Part shown: positions 62,231 to 64,000 of the stretch, piece after piece
How the letters are laid out: every line of letters starts with the position of its first letter
Numbering within the stretch: position 1 is the stretch's first letter
Source of the DNA: Lama guanicoe
Lineage: Eukaryota
DNA length: 64,000 nucleotides
Assembly (NCBI GenBank): GCA_013239625.1
Contig: MU056050.1
Coordinates: forward strand, 1,846,084 to 1,910,083
Direction: 5' to 3'
The notes under the pieces: generated by a model
What the model saw: only the letters and a program-made list of their open reading frames with translations
Database searches by the model: none
What the model was told of the DNA's origin: nothing
Program-made: the position numbers and the translations under genes

Positions 62231-63510
62231 GCAATCAAGAGTCCTAAATTTAGTGGAAGTAATTTAGGAAAAACCAAATATCTGGTGTGGTACAAAATGA
62301 TAAGAAATTGGACTAAAACAGAAACTTCCATCCTGTTGGTCAACTAAATCAAGTGCTTGCATCATTAAAACACTGACAAATAGTTGTTTAAAGATGCCTC
62401 TTTTTCTTTTTAATTTTGCTTTGCTTTTTTTCCCTCCTACTCTGTTAGATTTCAGAAAAATTAACAAATTTTTATGGTAAATCACCAAGATATGGCACAT
62501 TTCACAATTACTGTGTGATTTTTTTTTTAATTTATGCTGCCCTACACAGACAACCCCAGTACTGCTGGTTATCTGTTTCCAAGCTGCCAGTTTCAGCTTC
62601 AAGAGATATCTGGGAATATTTCACTCGCTTCAGAATTTCCATAAATATTCAATGAGACTGAATGACCAGAATAGATCTGCACATTTCTTCTCTTTGCAGA
62701 ACATGTAAGGAGTGGGGAGACTTTGTGCTGATTTCCAGCTTTGATTCAGAAAAATCTTGGCTCTCAGAGCCATGAGCATCTGTAGCTCCACACCCACCTG
62801 AGCTAATCTTGAATCAGCTGCTAAGACACGTCCAAGGCTTTGAACACTCACATAGACTCACTAAAAGCTCTTTACATGGAACACTCTCACCATCAGCTCT
62901 GACTAATGTATCATTTAATAGAGGCTGCTATAGGCCTACTAAACACTCTCCACTGCTATGAGTGATCTAAGTGTGATGAACTGAACCTTCTAAGGCATCT
63001 AAATCCTGGGAAATTTCACATGATTATCATTAATGAGACAATCTCAAGTTAATTGGTTTGGGGCATCCCCACTCCCAAACCTAAGTTCTAATGGGTATTA
63101 TAAACCAACATGAAATTAGCCTGACTGTGATATTTTCCATCAAGCCTAGGATTCTCTCACAAAAGAATTCCTGATTTGCTTGTAGCTTTAGCTATAATAT
63201 CTGAAACTACAGCATCATGGAGTGCTATAGATCATTGCATTTTCTGCTAGGCAGGCATCCCACTGATTTAAGTTTGGTTACCCAGAGCCTCAGCAACACA
63301 TTTATATGGTGAAGAGGAAGCACAAACTACAGAGTACTAGCCAGACTGCATGCTTTTTATAAACGATCTATTGACAATTATTTCAAGTCAGTATGCAAAC
63401 AGTCCCTTCCTTTAGTTCACAGACTATTTCAGTAACTTTGATCAGAGAGACAATAAATAAAATCTCTGTGGTTATAGTCACAAGTCTTTGAAAGAAGTCT
63501 TAAAAAGGAC

Positions 63511-63537
63511 TTGATGATGAAGATGATGATGATGATT
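63511..63537. repeat. (GAT)n microsatellite
   Basis: ttgatgatgaagatgatgatgatgatt. Confidence 0.85.
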
Positions 63538-63604
63538 ATATATAAAATCTTCTCTTGTCAAGATTAAAGAATGCAAAAGAGAAGAGGTAAAAAGTTGGAG
63601 AGAA

Positions 63605-64000
63605 GGAATAACTCTCCCAGACTTCAGACAATACTACAGAGCTACAGTCATCAAGACAGCATGGTATTGGTACAACAACAGACATATGGGCCAATGGAAC
63701 AGAATAGAGAGCCCAGAAATGAACCCACAAACTTTTGGTCAACTCATCTTTGACAAAGGAGGCAAGAATATACAATGGAAGAAAGACAGTCTCTTCAGCA
63801 AATGGTGTTGGGAAAACTGGACAGCAGCATGTAAATCAATGAAGCTAGAACACACCCTTACACCATATACAAAAATCAACTCAAAATGGATTAAAGACTT
63901 AAACATAAGACAAGACACAATAAACCTCCTAGAAGAAAACATAGGCAAAACATTATCTCACATACATCTCAAAAATCTTCCCCTAGGGCAGTCTACCCAA
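63605..64000 (+). mobile_element. Young 5'-truncated L1, ORF2 C-terminal region, runs off the window end
   Basis: Uninterrupted 132-codon frame [38 protein letters not shown]...[12 protein letters not shown]...[16 protein letters not shown]..., the canonical L1 ORF2 post-RT sequence. Confidence 0.95.

Noticed and set aside
62550..62710. 155-nt open candidate exon (ACAG|...|GTAAGG) or 5-nt microexon at 62700-62704
   Set aside because: Unrecognisable peptide, not frame-preserving, and no supporting neighbours.
2352..63948. ORF-track entries as cellular protein-coding genes
   Set aside because: All are 131 aa or shorter, many start at TTG/GTG, many overlap repeats or microsatellites, and none resembles a protein family I recognise.
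63536..63948. Minus-strand and off-frame ORFs at the right end
   Set aside because: Antisense or alternative frames of L1 ORF2.

Overview
This is mammalian genomic DNA, AT-rich and strongly CpG-depleted. It is most likely from a camelid (alpaca/llama/camel): there is a tRNA-Ala-derived vic-1-type SINE at 45879-46004 and camelid-type L1 3' tails. The window looks like a long intron or an intergenic region. I recognise no cellular protein-coding exon, RNA gene or CRISPR/prokaryotic feature. The ORF-track entries are short, often start on non-ATG codons, and are chance or repeat-derived frames. A large share of the window is interspersed repeat: many MIRs and L2s, CR1/L3 remnants, old and young L1 fragments, MaLR/ERVL/ERV1 solo LTRs and hAT/Tigger MITEs, plus microsatellites and one 70-N assembly gap. 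The only recognisable protein frame is a 5'-truncated L1 ORF2 running off the right end. The most notable items are: (1) a tailless 105-bp L1 5'-end insertion with a perfect 14-bp TSD; (2) a three-layer nested L1 locus; (3) an ERV1 solo LTR with an 18-bp TCF/LEF palindrome over its poly(A) signal; (4) an AGCT/RRYY-rich unique island; (5) several unique blocks with candidate small exons or developmental-enhancer motifs. Repeat family names come from recalled consensus similarity, not a database search, and boundaries of old repeats are approximate. I found no convincing evidence of a new multi-gene system.
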